Source: a virus (Duplodnaviria > Caudoviricetes). Taken from it: a stretch of 57,846 bases of DNA. A program made the translations under genes and the position numbers. Positions 25,319 through 36,248 of this stretch are shown here, piece after piece. Under the pieces are notes generated by a model. It was not told the origin of the DNA and made no database searches. It worked only from the letters and a program-made list of their open reading frames with translations. The DNA lies in IMG/VR virus record IMGVR_UViG_3300043394_000186, positions 1 through 57,846 of that record. One strand, given 5' to 3'. The stretch's first letter is position 1. Each line of letters starts with the position of its first letter.

Positions 25319-27361
25319 ATGGCAAACCTACCCACCGTCAGCTACGAACTCATCCGTCTGTCCGGCGGTCTGGATCAGGTCACGCCTACGCTGTCTCTGG
25401 CCCCGGGCGTTGCTCGCCGGGCAGCGAACTTCGAGTGCGCTGTCAATGGCGGCTACACCCGCATCACTGGCTACGAGCGCTTTGACGGACGTCCAGCGCC
25501 ATCGGCGGCCCTCTACAACGTCCTGTCCTGCACGTTTCTGTCCGCAGTGGCTGTGGGCGACACGATCCTTGGCTCCTCGAGCGCTGCATCGGGCAAGGTC
25601 ATTGCGGTGACTGACGACTCCGTGGTGATCACTCGTGAGGTCGGAATCTTTCTGACCGGCGAGCAGTTCTCCGTGAGCGGCACGCCTGCGGCTGAGATCA
25701 CTGCGGTGCTTGGCGTGGCATCCGACGGCCAGACCGACGCGACTTATCGCAGCCTTGCGGCCGATGACTATCGCGCCGACATCGGCGCTGTGCCCGGCTC
25801 CGGCCCGGTGCGAGGTGTCGCTTACTTCAACGGCAACCTCTACGCTTGGCGCGACAACGCAGGCGGCACACAGCTCGACCTGTACAAAAGCTCCAGCTCA
25901 GGCTGGACTCAGATCGAGTACTTTGGCGAGTTTGATTTTGACGTTGGCGTGCGAGAGATCTTCCCCGGCGACACGATCGTTGGTCACTTGAGCGGTGCCA
26001 CCGCACTGGTCAAGGCGGTGATCGTGCAGACAGGAAGCTGGAGCACTGGCGACGCTGCGGGATACATTGTCTTCACCGACATGACTGGCACGCCAGTGGC
26101 CAATGAGCACGTCTACGTTGACGGCTCCAAGCACGCCGAGAGCGTCGGCACCTACGCGATGATCGAGCCGCTCCCCGGAGGCCGTGTTCAGGCTGTCGTG
26201 GCCAACTACGGCGGCGGCGCTCAGAACAAGAAGATCTTCTTCGTGGACGGCTTGAACCGATGCCACTCGTTTGATGGCGAGACAGTAGTGCCAATCCGCA
26301 CGGGCATGGCCGCTGACGCGCCGTCGCACATTGCTTTTCACAAGCAGCACCTGTTCCTTGCGTTCGGTGCATCGCTGCAGTTCTCGGCCATCGCGAACCC
26401 GTACTCGTGGGACCCAGTCCTTGGTGCTGGCGAGATCGTGATGAACGAGAACATCACCAACTTGCTGACGCTGCCCGGCGACCAGACTTCTGGCGCTCTG
26501 GGTGTCTACACGCGCAACGATACGTCGGTGCTGTACGGCACCAGCGCCGAGTCGTTCCAGCTCTCGACGTTCAACTCTGGCACAGGGGCCATCCCTTACA
26601 CCGCGCAGAACATGGACCAAGCCTACGTGCTCGACGACCGTGGTGTCGTGAGTCTGGGCACGTCGCTGAACTTCGGCAACTTCCTGCCTGCGTCGCTGAC
26701 GATGAACCTGCGGCCGTTCCTGAGTGTTCGCAAGAACTTGGCATCGGCCAGCACGGTGAACCGCGACAAGGGCCAGTACCGCGTCTTCTTTTCAGACGGC
26801 TACAGCCTGTACCTGACGATCATGAACTCCAAGTACTTGGGTGCCATGCCTGTGCAGTATGCGCACCCAGTGCTGTGCTGCTTTGAGTCTGAGGACTCTG
26901 ACGGGAACGCCACGGCCTACTTTGGCTCGAGCAATGGCTTTGTGTATCAGATGGACCGTGGGACCAGCTTTGACGGCCTTGAAATTCAGGCCGGCATCAA
27001 CCTGATCTACAACTCGATCAAGAGCCCGCGTGTGCTCAAGCGCTATCGCAAGGCCAGCGTGGAGCTGACTGGCGACGCATGGGCCGAGTTCGCTTTTGGT
27101 TGTGACCTTGGATACCGCACGCAGCAACTTGACCAACCGGTCGACGCTGTCTACGAGAACGATCTCCGCTCTGCATTCTGGGACAGCTTCACGTGGGACC
27201 AGTTTGTCTGGGACGGTCAGGAGCTTTCGCCAAACGAGGTTGATGTCGCCGGCACAGCCGAGAACATCGCCATCCGCATTTCTTCTGTTTCCGCGATCCT
27301 CAAGCCGTTCACGGTCAACAGCATAATCGTTCACTACAGCACCCGGCGAGGGATTCGATAA
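25319..27361 (+). CDS. Tail nozzle/stabilisation protein (tubular B-like)
   Basis: Position and size; LSGGLD N-terminus; beta-rich. Confidence 0.75.
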   Translation: MANLPTVSYELIRLSGGLDQVTPTLSLAPGVARRAANFECAVNGGYTRITGYERFDGRPAPSAALYNVLSCTFLSAVAVGDTILGSSSAASGKVIAVTDDSVVITREVGIFLTGEQFSVSGTPAAEITAVLGVASDGQTDATYRSLAADDYRADIGAVPGSGPVRGVAYFNGNLYAWRDNAGGTQLDLYKSSSSGWTQIEYFGEFDFDVGVREIFPGDTIVGHLSGATALVKAVIVQTGSWSTGDAAGYIVFTDMTGTPVANEHVYVDGSKHAESVGTYAMIEPLPGGRVQAVVANYGGGAQNKKIFFVDGLNRCHSFDGETVVPIRTGMAADAPSHIAFHKQHLFLAFGASLQFSAIANPYSWDPVLGAGEIVMNENITNLLTLPGDQTSGALGVYTRNDTSVLYGTSAESFQLSTFNSGTGAIPYTAQNMDQAYVLDDRGVVSLGTSLNFGNFLPASLTMNLRPFLSVRKNLASASTVNRDKGQYRVFFSDGYSLYLTIMNSKYLGAMPVQYAHPVLCCFESEDSDGNATAYFGSSNGFVYQMDRGTSFDGLEIQAGINLIYNSIKSPRVLKRYRKASVELTGDAWAEFAFGCDLGYRTQQLDQPVDAVYENDLRSAFWDSFTWDQFVWDGQELSPNEVDVAGTAENIAIRISSVSAILKPFTVNSIIVHYSTRRGIR

Positions 27362-29970
27362 TGTCCAACAACTTCTACAACCACACCACGTACCCAACGC
27401 CAAACGCGCCGGGTTCTTCTGCTCAACTGCGCGCCGAGTTGGATCTCGTCGCGGCAGGCTTCAACAAGCTGCCGACGCTGACGGGCAACGCCTACAAGGT
27501 GGCCATGATCAACGCCGCTGGCACAGCGCTGGTGGCATCGTCGGCCCTTCAGGCGCTTGCCATCACTGCCTCGACGCTCGACAACACACCGATTGGCGCG
27601 ACCACACGCGCGGCCGGCAACTTCACCACGCTGTCGGCCAACGGCGCGGCGAACCTTGGCACCTCAGTGACCATTGGTGGCGGCACGATCAACAACACAC
27701 CGATTGGCGGCACCACCGCCTCGAGCGGTGCGTTCACGACGGTCACGGCCAGCTCCGGCTTCACTGGCAACCTGACCGGCAATGTGACGGGCAACGTCAC
27801 GGGTAACGTCACGGGCAACGTGACTGGCAACCTAACTGGCAACGTCACCGCCAACACCGGCACCTCGACGTTCAACAACGTCACGATCAACGGCAGTCTG
27901 GATATGGACGCCGGCAGCTCGGCGACCATCATCAATCTTTCCACGCCAACCAACTCCGGCGACGCGGCCAACAAGGGATACGTTGACACGCAAGCAGCAC
28001 TGAAGCTCAGCCTGTCTGGCGGCACCATGAGTGGTGCCATCGCCATGGGCAGCAGCAAGATCACTGGTCTGGGAACTCCGACCGCTGATGGCGACGCAGC
28101 CACCAAGGCTTATGTCGATGGCGTGGCCCAAGGCTTGGACGTCAAGGGCAGCGTGCGCGTGGCCACCACGGCCGAGATCAGCCTGTCCGGCACCCAGACC
28201 ATTGACGGCGTATCCGTGATTGCTGGTGATCGCGTGCTGGTGAAGAACCAGTCGGCCACCAGCGCCAACGGCGTCTACGTGGTCGCAGCAGGAAGCTGGA
28301 CACGGTCGACCGACATGGATGTCTGGGCCGAATTCCCGGGCGCGTTCTTCTTTGTGGAAGAGGGCACCGCCAACGACAACTCTGGCTGGGTCTGCACCGT
28401 CGCCGCTGGCGGCACGCTGGGCTCGACCTCAGTGACCTTCGAGCAGTTCTCTGGCGCAGGCCAGATCACCGCTGGCACCGGCATGTCCAAGAGCGGCAAC
28501 ACGCTCAACGTCGGCACGGCCTCCAGCGCGCGCATCGTCGTCAACGCCGACAACATTGATCTGGCCACGACCGGTGTGACGGCCGACACCTACGCCGGCC
28601 TGACCATCGACGCCTACGGCCGCGTGACTGCTGCCACCGCCCTGACCACGCTGGCGGGCTACGGCATCTCCAACGCGTACACCAAGACCGAGGTCGACAC
28701 TGCGGTCGGTGCCCGCCTTGCTCTTGCTGGCGGCACCATGTCTGGTGCGATCGCGATGGGTGCCAACAAGATCACCGGCATGGCAGACCCCACCAACGCG
28801 CAGGATGGGGCCACCAAGGCCTATACGGACGCGATCCTTGGCTCAGCCACCAGCGCAGCGGCGAGCGCCTCTGCGGCCGCTACAAGCGCCACCAACGCGG
28901 CAAACAGCGCCACATCGGCCAGCGGCAGTGCAACGGCTGCTGCCGGCAGCGCCACTGCTGCTGCGGCCAGCTACGACGCGTTCGACGATCGCTACCTTGG
29001 CTCCAAGACCAGCGACCCGACCGTCGACAACGATGGCAACGCGTTGCTCGAGGGCGCGCTGTACTGGAACAGCTCGGCCAAGATCATGAAGATCTACGAC
29101 GGCGCTGCATGGACTGCTGCCTACCTGCCTGCGGCCGGCTACGTGCAGAAGACGGGCGACTCCATGAGTGGCAACCTCAGTGTGTTGGCCGCTCTGGGCG
29201 TGGGCATCTCTTCGCTTACGGGCTTCAACATCCGTGTCAACCGCAATTTGACTGGCGCGGTCCAGACCTACGGCGTGACTTCTGAAGGCGCGGTTCAGTC
29301 TGACTCGACCACTGCGGTCAACATGTTCTACACCGCGCCCTCGACAGCGGCGGCTGCGTTTACCTTGGGTAACCTGTACCACTACCGAGCAGTGCAGGGC
29401 ACGATTGGCGCTGGCTCAGCGATCACCACGCAGACCGGCTTCTTGGCTGACTCGACGCTGACCAGCGCGACCACAAACTACGGCTTCCGTGGAGCGCTGC
29501 CATCGGCAAGCAACCGCTGGAACCTGTACATGGACGGCACCGCGTCCAACCACTTGGCCGGCACCGTCCTGATTGGCACCACGTCCGACAACGGCACCGA
29601 CAAGCTGCAGGTCACCGGCAGCATCGCAGCGACCGGCCTCATCAAGGATCGCATCACAACGATCGCAACTGGGACCACGCTGTCGGTGAACGCCGATACG
29701 ACTGACATCGTGATGCACGCCAATACTCAAACCACGGGCACGCTCACAGTTGCCGCGCCCAGTGGCACGCCGATCAACGGTCAAAAGCTGATGATCCGAA
29801 TGACGAGTACCAACGTGCAGACATTTTCGTGGGACGCCATCTTCATCGGCTCGACCGACTTGGCGCTGCCTACCGCGTCCACTGGCGGCGGCAAGGTCGA
29901 CTACTTAGGCTTTATGTACAACAGCACCGCGACCAAGTGGCAACTGGTCGCAAAGAACTTTGGATTCTGA
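27361..29970 (+). CDS. Tail fibre protein
   Basis: TGN(V/L) repeats, duplicated GGTMSGAIAMG..KITG...DAATKAY, GDRVLVKNQ...NGVY, SATSAAAS tract. Confidence 0.85.
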   Translation: MSNNFYNHTTYPTPNAPGSSAQLRAELDLVAAGFNKLPTLTGNAYKVAMINAAGTALVASSALQALAITASTLDNTPIGATTRAAGNFTTLSANGAANLGTSVTIGGGTINNTPIGGTTASSGAFTTVTASSGFTGNLTGNVTGNVTGNVTGNVTGNLTGNVTANTGTSTFNNVTINGSLDMDAGSSATIINLSTPTNSGDAANKGYVDTQAALKLSLSGGTMSGAIAMGSSKITGLGTPTADGDAATKAYVDGVAQGLDVKGSVRVATTAEISLSGTQTIDGVSVIAGDRVLVKNQSATSANGVYVVAAGSWTRSTDMDVWAEFPGAFFFVEEGTANDNSGWVCTVAAGGTLGSTSVTFEQFSGAGQITAGTGMSKSGNTLNVGTASSARIVVNADNIDLATTGVTADTYAGLTIDAYGRVTAATALTTLAGYGISNAYTKTEVDTAVGARLALAGGTMSGAIAMGANKITGMADPTNAQDGATKAYTDAILGSATSAAASASAAATSATNAANSATSASGSATAAAGSATAAAASYDAFDDRYLGSKTSDPTVDNDGNALLEGALYWNSSAKIMKIYDGAAWTAAYLPAAGYVQKTGDSMSGNLSVLAALGVGISSLTGFNIRVNRNLTGAVQTYGVTSEGAVQSDSTTAVNMFYTAPSTAAAAFTLGNLYHYRAVQGTIGAGSAITTQTGFLADSTLTSATTNYGFRGALPSASNRWNLYMDGTASNHLAGTVLIGTTSDNGTDKLQVTGSIAATGLIKDRITTIATGTTLSVNADTTDIVMHANTQTTGTLTVAAPSGTPINGQKLMIRMTSTNVQTFSWDAIFIGSTDLALPTASTGGGKVDYLGFMYNSTATKWQLVAKNFGF
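27763..27846 (+). repeat. 7 x 12-bp coding repeat (TGNV/TGNL)
   Basis: Read directly from the sequence. Confidence 0.9.
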
Positions 29971-29972
29971 TC

Positions 29973-30167
29973 ATGATTAAAATCGACTTTGAATTTGACA
30001 GCAAGTACGGCGTCTTCCGCGACGCCATTCACTTGGCCGATGACCACGCATTCAGCGAAGAGCAGATCGCCGCCATGAAGCAGCAGCGCTTTGACAACTG
30101 GATCGCGGCGATCGAGGCCCCGGCAGTTGAAGCCCCTGTCGAAGAACAGCAACCCGCGCAGGAGTAA
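29973..30167 (+). CDS. Small tail-associated protein or chaperone
   Basis: MIKIDFEF...MKQQRFDNW; lies between the fibre genes. Confidence 0.75.
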   Translation: MIKIDFEFDSKYGVFRDAIHLADDHAFSEEQIAAMKQQRFDNWIAAIEAPAVEAPVEEQQPAQE

Positions 30168-30169
30168 GC

Positions 30170-33100
30170 ATGGCAGATCGTTACTGGGTAGGTGGCAGCG
30201 GTACTTGGAACACGACCAATACCGCCAACTGGTCGGATGCTCCCGGCGGCACAAGTGGTGCAAGCGTGCCCACGCTGGCAGACGATGTGTACTTCGATTC
30301 CGCATCAAGTTCTGGCGACTACACAGTAACAACTTCTGGATCAGCGGTCGCACGGTCTGCGAGCTTTGCGGGCCCATCGACGGGCACGCTGACGGTTGCT
30401 GGTACGGCCACCATTGCTTTGTATGGTGGCCTAACTATTGCCGCAACGGGCGTCACATGGAACCATGCGTCGCAGTTCAATTTTGTTGCGACTGATGGCG
30501 AATGGACAATCAACACCAACGGAAAAACTTTAGGTACGGTTGCGTTCAACGCCGGGAGCAACAACGTTCGGACGTCTTGGGTGCTTGGCGGGGCGCTGAC
30601 AACGGCGGGCAGCCTCACGATAAGCAATGGTGTTCTGGTGACCAACAACTACGCAGTCACCACAAACGCCTCCGGCATGAATTGGAATGGAGGGTTTTGC
30701 ATCAACGGCACCACAACTTTCACGTTGGTTGGCACGTGGACGCGAAACTCTGGCGGCACTTCATTCACACACGCCCCCGACGTCAGCTTTGTGCAGAATG
30801 GCACCGCCGCTGGCGGCACCACTTGCAGTTCCAATTGGTTTCAGTTCGGAAGAGTCAACATTTCAGGTACGGCGGGAGCGTCAACTTTTACCGCGAGCGG
30901 GTACTTTGTTGTCGGTCGGTTTACCAGCACAAAAACAAGCGCGTACACGATCCAATTGCCAACATCGACGGCAGGGCCGTATGTCGGCTCTTGGGAAATT
31001 ACAGGTACTGTCGGCAATGTTGTGACGGTAAATGGAAACCCGGGTTACCCCCTGCAGCTTGGTAAGCAGACCAGCGGAATAAACTACCTGAACTGTGTTG
31101 GCGTATCTGTGGGCAATGCAAACAGTGGTTGCGCAGAATTCTATATTGGGCCGAATTCCGTCAACAACATCGGCTCAGGCAAAATATACGTAAGCAATCC
31201 ACCCGCGCCTGTGACTCGCTACTGGGTCGGAGGCACAGGGACTTGGAATACAACATCCACAACGAACTGGTCTGACACGTCTGGTGGTGCTGGTGGTTTC
31301 AGTGTCCCGACAAGTGTGGACACGGTGGTTTTCGACGCCGCCTCTTCCGCCGGTTCGTACACAGTTACTCGGTCTGGTAATACACTTGTTTCTGGCAATG
31401 TTACTTATGGTGCGCCAGCTTCTGGCACTTTGACCATAGGCAACAGCGGCACCGGCATGCACTTTGGCTCGGTCACAGTTGCTTCTACAGGGGTCAGCGG
31501 CTTCACTGGAGCCAATATCACTGCTGCGTTCGGGCAAACAAATACCCTTACGTTGCCGCCCGCTGCGGTAAATCTCTACATGAACGGGTCAGGAGTTTTT
31601 TCTCTTGCCACTGCAACTACCGGATTCACTGTTCTTTTTCCTTATTTGTCGCCCGGTGCAACTCTTCGCACCAACGGGTACGCGGTTAGCGTGTCATATA
31701 TTGAATCCTCGCTTAGCGGATACCTTGTTCTCGACGCAGCAACCACAACCTTTACGCACACTTCCAACACGGCAAGTGGTGGGTTTTGGTTGACGGGTTC
31801 TGTTGGTACTTTTCAGAATTCAAACGGCACCCCGGCGCTTTCCAGCTCGCCAGCGCTCGACATCGGCACACTGCGCACAACCAGCACTGGGGCGACTCCT
31901 ATTTTTTTCCACGGGGGCTCAGCGCCGTTGGTGGCTACACCGAATTTGAGACTTGGCTTTTCTTGCGGCACGTTCTCTTTGGCTTCTCCAACGGGACCCC
32001 AGTTTGCGACCGTTCTATGCCCGATCAAAGTATCCACGGCGTTTAACGTAAGTGGCAGTGATGGGTTTAGGAGATATATGTTTTCTCCGATACCCGCAGT
32101 GACAACTTCGGGTTCTGCAAATACCGTATACGCCGGGGTAAATGCAATACTGCAACTCAACGGAACCGCTACGTTGGTCGATGTAGATTTTTGGGGGGTA
32201 ACGGTCACCGGTTCCGCAGCGCCGGTTTCTGGCACGCGTCTGGGTGACGCAGGCTTTAACAGCGGCATTACGTTTGACGCCCCGAAAACTGTGTATTGGA
32301 ACGGTGGAGTCCAAACGAATCTTGCAACCATAAGTTGGGCCGCTACTGATGGCGGAACTGCGAGTGCGTCGAACTATCCGCTGCCGCAAGATACCGCTGT
32401 CTTTACAAACACTAGCCCCTCATCAGGCAACTCACTTAGCGCAGGATCTAACTCCGTCTGGCTTCCTGCATTCAATCTTGCTGCTCGAACAAACGCAATT
32501 ACGTTTTCGTCTACGGGTTCGGTAACGAGGTTTTTTGGGGACGTGACGCTTAGCTCCGCAGTGTCTGCATTTTTCACTGGGACCAGTGTGATGTTCTGCA
32601 AGAACGGAACGCAGAACATTGAGCTTGCAGGGAAGATGCTTTCCCTTGCTGGCGTTGCCAGCTATTCGGGAACCGCAGTACTTGCAAGCAATTCGACAAT
32701 TAGTAGCTTCCGCTATGACAATGGCAATTTCGACCTGAATAGCAAGGTCTTGACAATCTCTGGAGCGTTCTATAGCTCTGGCTTTTCTGCGTCGCCGTAC
32801 ACGTTTGCATTTGGCACCGGGAGCATCACGTTTACTGGCACCTACTTTCAACTGCTTGGAGATGTAGCAACGACATTGACTGTGACGGGCTCGCGCACCG
32901 TCAACGTGTCTCGAACAACCGGCTCGGTTACATGGGCTTCCACGGCGATGGATTGGAACGCTTTGGATGTCAACCTGCCGTCCGGCACATTCACGTGGAC
33001 GGACAGTGGCGGCGGTGCCGCATATCGAAATCTGAACTTGACTGGATTTGCCGGCAACTTGGCCAATGCCACCAGAGGCCTGTACGGATCACTTACGCTC

Positions 33101-35035
33101 GGGTCGACTGCGACACTAAGTGCTGGCACGTCGGCAACTACGTTTCGTCCACCCGTTGCTACAACAAGCACGTTGGTAGCCGGCGGCCGGACAGTTGACT
33201 TTCCAGTTGTCGTAAACGGCGCAGGAACTTTTCAGCTTTCTGATGCCTTGACTTTGGCGGCTACACGGGTGTTCACATTGACTGCCGGCACGCTCGACCT
33301 TAACGGATTTACGCTGACCGTTGCCGTTTTCAATTCCAGCAACTCAAACATTCGATCTATTGCTTTTGGTTCCCAGCAGATTGCGTTGACTGGTAACGCA
33401 GCGACAATATGGGACAACAGTGGAGCAACCAACTTTTCTTACACTGGTACGTTCAAGGTCGTTGCAACCTACGCCGGTGCAACTGGGACTCGCACACTGG
33501 CGCAAGGCGGAACTGAAGCCACGGTGCAGCCAATCAGTACGGCTGGAGGCGCTGGATTCATTCTTGACACGACGTCAACTGACATCAAGACGTTGACTGG
33601 CTCTTGGGGCGACATCGACCTTACGGGCGTCACCGGGACGTATACCGAGGGTGTGGCAACCTGCTTTGGGAACTTTAACGCGGGCTCTACTGCAACGATC
33701 GCTTCTAGTTCAAGCGCCCTTACGTTTGCATCCACCTCTGGCACAAAAACCATCACCACCAATGGGCAAACGCTCAACTTCCCGCTAACGTTTGGCGGGA
33801 TCGGCGGTCGTTGGCAACTTCAAGACTCTTTGACATCCGGCACCACGCGGCAGCTTTCTCTTACGGCAGGCACGCTTGATCTTAATGGCTATACGCTGAC
33901 CACTGGGTTGTTTTACTCAAGTGCATCCAGTATATGGCAAGTACGAGCGCTTGCTTTTGGGTCGGGGAATATAACGCTGACCGGCTCTGGTACGGTGTGG
34001 AATACGCTAAACGCTTCCGCGTTGGTCGATTTTTCTCGAACGGGAACCCCAACTGTCAACGTAGCAAACAACAGCGCAACAGCCACAACAATTTCTACCG
34101 GGCCAATGACCGAAGGAAAGGCACTGGACTTCAACTTCACGACTGGCACGTACACGCTGACAGACACGTCTGCGGTGTACCGTAGCGTCAATCTCACTGG
34201 ATTCGGCGGCACTTTTGCGAATAACGCCCGCACCTACTATGGCAGTTTGAATGTTGGCTCTACCGCCACAATGACCGCAGGAGCAAACGCTCAGACATTT
34301 GCCGCTACGTCGGGAACATGGAGCATTACGACCAACGGACGCACATTGGACTTTCCGCTGACCTTCAACGGCGCGGGCGGAACGTGGCAGCTTGCTGACG
34401 CGCTGACGGTGGGTAGCACTCGTGCATTTACTCTGACGGCAGGGACGTTTGATGCCAACATCTACAACGTCACCATCGGCACAATGTCTTCTTCCAACTC
34501 CAACGTGCGGACATTGGCGCTTGGGTCGGGCACATGGACGGTTTCAGGTTCTGGTGCGTCTGCGTGGACGTTCTCCACATCCACAAATGCCACCGTCACT
34601 GGCACTGCCACAATCTCGATGACCAGTGCATCCGCCAAAACGTTTGCTGGCGGCGGACTTGCTTGGCCGACATTGAATCAGGGCGGTAGTGGTGCGCTGA
34701 CAATCTTGGGCAGCAACACGTTTGGCACCCTGAGTAAATCTGTCGCGCCATGCACCATCACATTCGGTGCCGGCACAACGCAGACCGTCAGCACACTAAA
34801 TGTCTCTGGTACGTCCGGCAGCATTACAACAATCAACAGCTCTACCGTAGGCACTCGAGCGACGCTGAATTTGATTGGCGGCGACGTCACGCTGAGCTAT
34901 GTATCGCTGAAGGACAATTCGGCGACGGGTGGCTACAGCTACTCGGCCAAGCTGCTTGACGGCAACGTCAACGCCGGCAACAACTTGGGCTGGAACTTCG
35001 GGTTGGCCACCGGCAACTTCTTGAGCTTTTTCTGA
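30170..35035 (+). CDS. Large repetitive Gly/Thr/Ser-rich receptor-binding or adhesin-like protein
   Basis: AGGAG RBS; duplicated RYWVGG.GTWNTT..NWSD and repeated LTAGTLDLNG blocks. Confidence 0.8.
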   Translation: MADRYWVGGSGTWNTTNTANWSDAPGGTSGASVPTLADDVYFDSASSSGDYTVTTSGSAVARSASFAGPSTGTLTVAGTATIALYGGLTIAATGVTWNHASQFNFVATDGEWTINTNGKTLGTVAFNAGSNNVRTSWVLGGALTTAGSLTISNGVLVTNNYAVTTNASGMNWNGGFCINGTTTFTLVGTWTRNSGGTSFTHAPDVSFVQNGTAAGGTTCSSNWFQFGRVNISGTAGASTFTASGYFVVGRFTSTKTSAYTIQLPTSTAGPYVGSWEITGTVGNVVTVNGNPGYPLQLGKQTSGINYLNCVGVSVGNANSGCAEFYIGPNSVNNIGSGKIYVSNPPAPVTRYWVGGTGTWNTTSTTNWSDTSGGAGGFSVPTSVDTVVFDAASSAGSYTVTRSGNTLVSGNVTYGAPASGTLTIGNSGTGMHFGSVTVASTGVSGFTGANITAAFGQTNTLTLPPAAVNLYMNGSGVFSLATATTGFTVLFPYLSPGATLRTNGYAVSVSYIESSLSGYLVLDAATTTFTHTSNTASGGFWLTGSVGTFQNSNGTPALSSSPALDIGTLRTTSTGATPIFFHGGSAPLVATPNLRLGFSCGTFSLASPTGPQFATVLCPIKVSTAFNVSGSDGFRRYMFSPIPAVTTSGSANTVYAGVNAILQLNGTATLVDVDFWGVTVTGSAAPVSGTRLGDAGFNSGITFDAPKTVYWNGGVQTNLATISWAATDGGTASASNYPLPQDTAVFTNTSPSSGNSLSAGSNSVWLPAFNLAARTNAITFSSTGSVTRFFGDVTLSSAVSAFFTGTSVMFCKNGTQNIELAGKMLSLAGVASYSGTAVLASNSTISSFRYDNGNFDLNSKVLTISGAFYSSGFSASPYTFAFGTGSITFTGTYFQLLGDVATTLTVTGSRTVNVSRTTGSVTWASTAMDWNALDVNLPSGTFTWTDSGGGAAYRNLNLTGFAGNLANATRGLYGSLTLGSTATLSAGTSATTFRPPVATTSTLVAGGRTVDFPVVVNGAGTFQLSDALTLAATRVFTLTAGTLDLNGFTLTVAVFNSSNSNIRSIAFGSQQIALTGNAATIWDNSGATNFSYTGTFKVVATYAGATGTRTLAQGGTEATVQPISTAGGAGFILDTTSTDIKTLTGSWGDIDLTGVTGTYTEGVATCFGNFNAGSTATIASSSSALTFASTSGTKTITTNGQTLNFPLTFGGIGGRWQLQDSLTSGTTRQLSLTAGTLDLNGYTLTTGLFYSSASSIWQVRALAFGSGNITLTGSGTVWNTLNASALVDFSRTGTPTVNVANNSATATTISTGPMTEGKALDFNFTTGTYTLTDTSAVYRSVNLTGFGGTFANNARTYYGSLNVGSTATMTAGANAQTFAATSGTWSITTNGRTLDFPLTFNGAGGTWQLADALTVGSTRAFTLTAGTFDANIYNVTIGTMSSSNSNVRTLALGSGTWTVSGSGASAWTFSTSTNATVTGTATISMTSASAKTFAGGGLAWPTLNQGGSGALTILGSNTFGTLSKSVAPCTITFGAGTTQTVSTLNVSGTSGSITTINSSTVGTRATLNLIGGDVTLSYVSLKDNSATGGYSYSAKLLDGNVNAGNNLGWNFGLATGNFLSFF

Positions 35036-35044
35036 GGTATCACA

Positions 35045-35431
35045 ATGGCTAAGTCCCATGCACCCGTCGGCCAGTTCATCGCTGTCCTGTTCCTGTCCCG
35101 AGACCTTGCTCACCGTGCGCACCTGCGCACGACAGGCCCCGGCAGCTTTGCCCGGCACGAGGCGCTTGGCGAGTTTTACCCGGCCATTGTCGATCTGGCT
35201 GACTCGTTGGCCGAAGCCTATCAAGGCTGCGAGCTGGCGCTCATCGACATCCCGCTGCTGGACAACGAGTTCCCGGGCGAGATCAAGGAGTCCATGCAGG
35301 CCCAGCTCAAGTGGATCAAGGCCAACCGCTACAAGGCTGTCGAGAAGGAGGAGACGCACCTGCAGAACATCATCGACGAAGTCGTCGCGCTCTTTGACCG
35401 CACGATCTTCAAATTGCATTTTCTTGAATGA
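35045..35431 (+). CDS. Ferritin/Dps-like four-helix protein (DUF5856-like)
   Basis: AHRAHL..., HEALGEFY, DSLAEAYQG, LQNIIDE. Confidence 0.65.
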   Translation: MAKSHAPVGQFIAVLFLSRDLAHRAHLRTTGPGSFARHEALGEFYPAIVDLADSLAEAYQGCELALIDIPLLDNEFPGEIKESMQAQLKWIKANRYKAVEKEETHLQNIIDEVVALFDRTIFKLHFLE

Positions 35432-35622
35432 GTAGTACCACCATGTCATCAATCTCCGAAGCAGAGGCACGCCTCAACTCACACGAAGCTGTATGCGCAC
35501 TGCGCTACGAACAGATCAACGCCCGGCTCAAGCGCCTTGAGGGCATCTTGATGAAGACCGCCGGGATCATGTTGGTCTCAATGGCTGGCGTCATCTATGC
35601 GTCGCTGTCCGGTTTGAAATGA
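35428..35622 (+). CDS. Small membrane protein (holin/XhlA-like)
   Basis: HEAVCALRYEQINARLKRLE plus C-terminal TM. Confidence 0.7.
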   Translation: MSSTTMSSISEAEARLNSHEAVCALRYEQINARLKRLEGILMKTAGIMLVSMAGVIYASLSGLK

Positions 35623-36248
35623 GATGGCTCGCCCTGTTGTTCATGGTCGGCTCTGCGATGGCGCAACACAGCGCCACGGTGGACAACCTGTCAACAAACC
35701 AACAGGGCAACAACATCACGAACAACTCGAACTCGAACAACACCAACTCGGCAACGACGTACAACGGCAACGCGCCGGGCAGTGTCCCGCCGTCGCCGCC
35801 GCCAAGCGCCATTGCCCCCTCGTACATGGGGGGAGGGCAGGACTCCTGCCTGATTGGCGTCTCCGGCTCTGTCTCGTCAAGCGTCATCGGGATCGGTGGG
35901 GGCACCTACCGGCGAGACCAGCAGTGCGAGCTGTTGAAGTTGGCCAAGACCCTCAACGAGTTTGGGCTGAAGGTGGCGGCGGTCGCAATCCTTTGTCAGG
36001 ACGCGCGAGTCTTCCAAGGTATGGCTATGGCGGGGACGCCGTGCCCATACCTCGGGGCGATTGGCAAACAGGCCACGTTGTTGTGGCAACAAAACCCCGA
36101 GATGAGGCCCGACTATGAAACACAACCACTTAAACCCATTTCACAGGGTGTGGCTGCTACTGGCAGCGACTCTGGCTCTCTGTCTGATCGCTTCCGGGCA
36201 AGCAAGCGCGCAAACGCTGATGCCCAACCAGCGTCAGGTGGTCAATAA
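35619..36248 (+). CDS. Secreted Cys-containing protein
   Basis: Signal peptide; PPPSAIAPS..DSC...CELLK...LC...TPCP. Confidence 0.75.
   Translation: MRWLALLFMVGSAMAQHSATVDNLSTNQQGNNITNNSNSNNTNSATTYNGNAPGSVPPSPPPSAIAPSYMGGGQDSCLIGVSGSVSSSVIGIGGGTYRRDQQCELLKLAKTLNEFGLKVAAVAILCQDARVFQGMAMAGTPCPYLGAIGKQATLLWQQNPEMRPDYETQPLKPISQGVAATGSDSGSLSDRFRASKRANADAQPASGGQ

Noticed and set aside
27361-35035. Diversity-generating retroelement or invertible tail cassette
   Set aside because: I found no reverse transcriptase, invertase, adenine-specific TR/VR pair or flanking inverted repeats.
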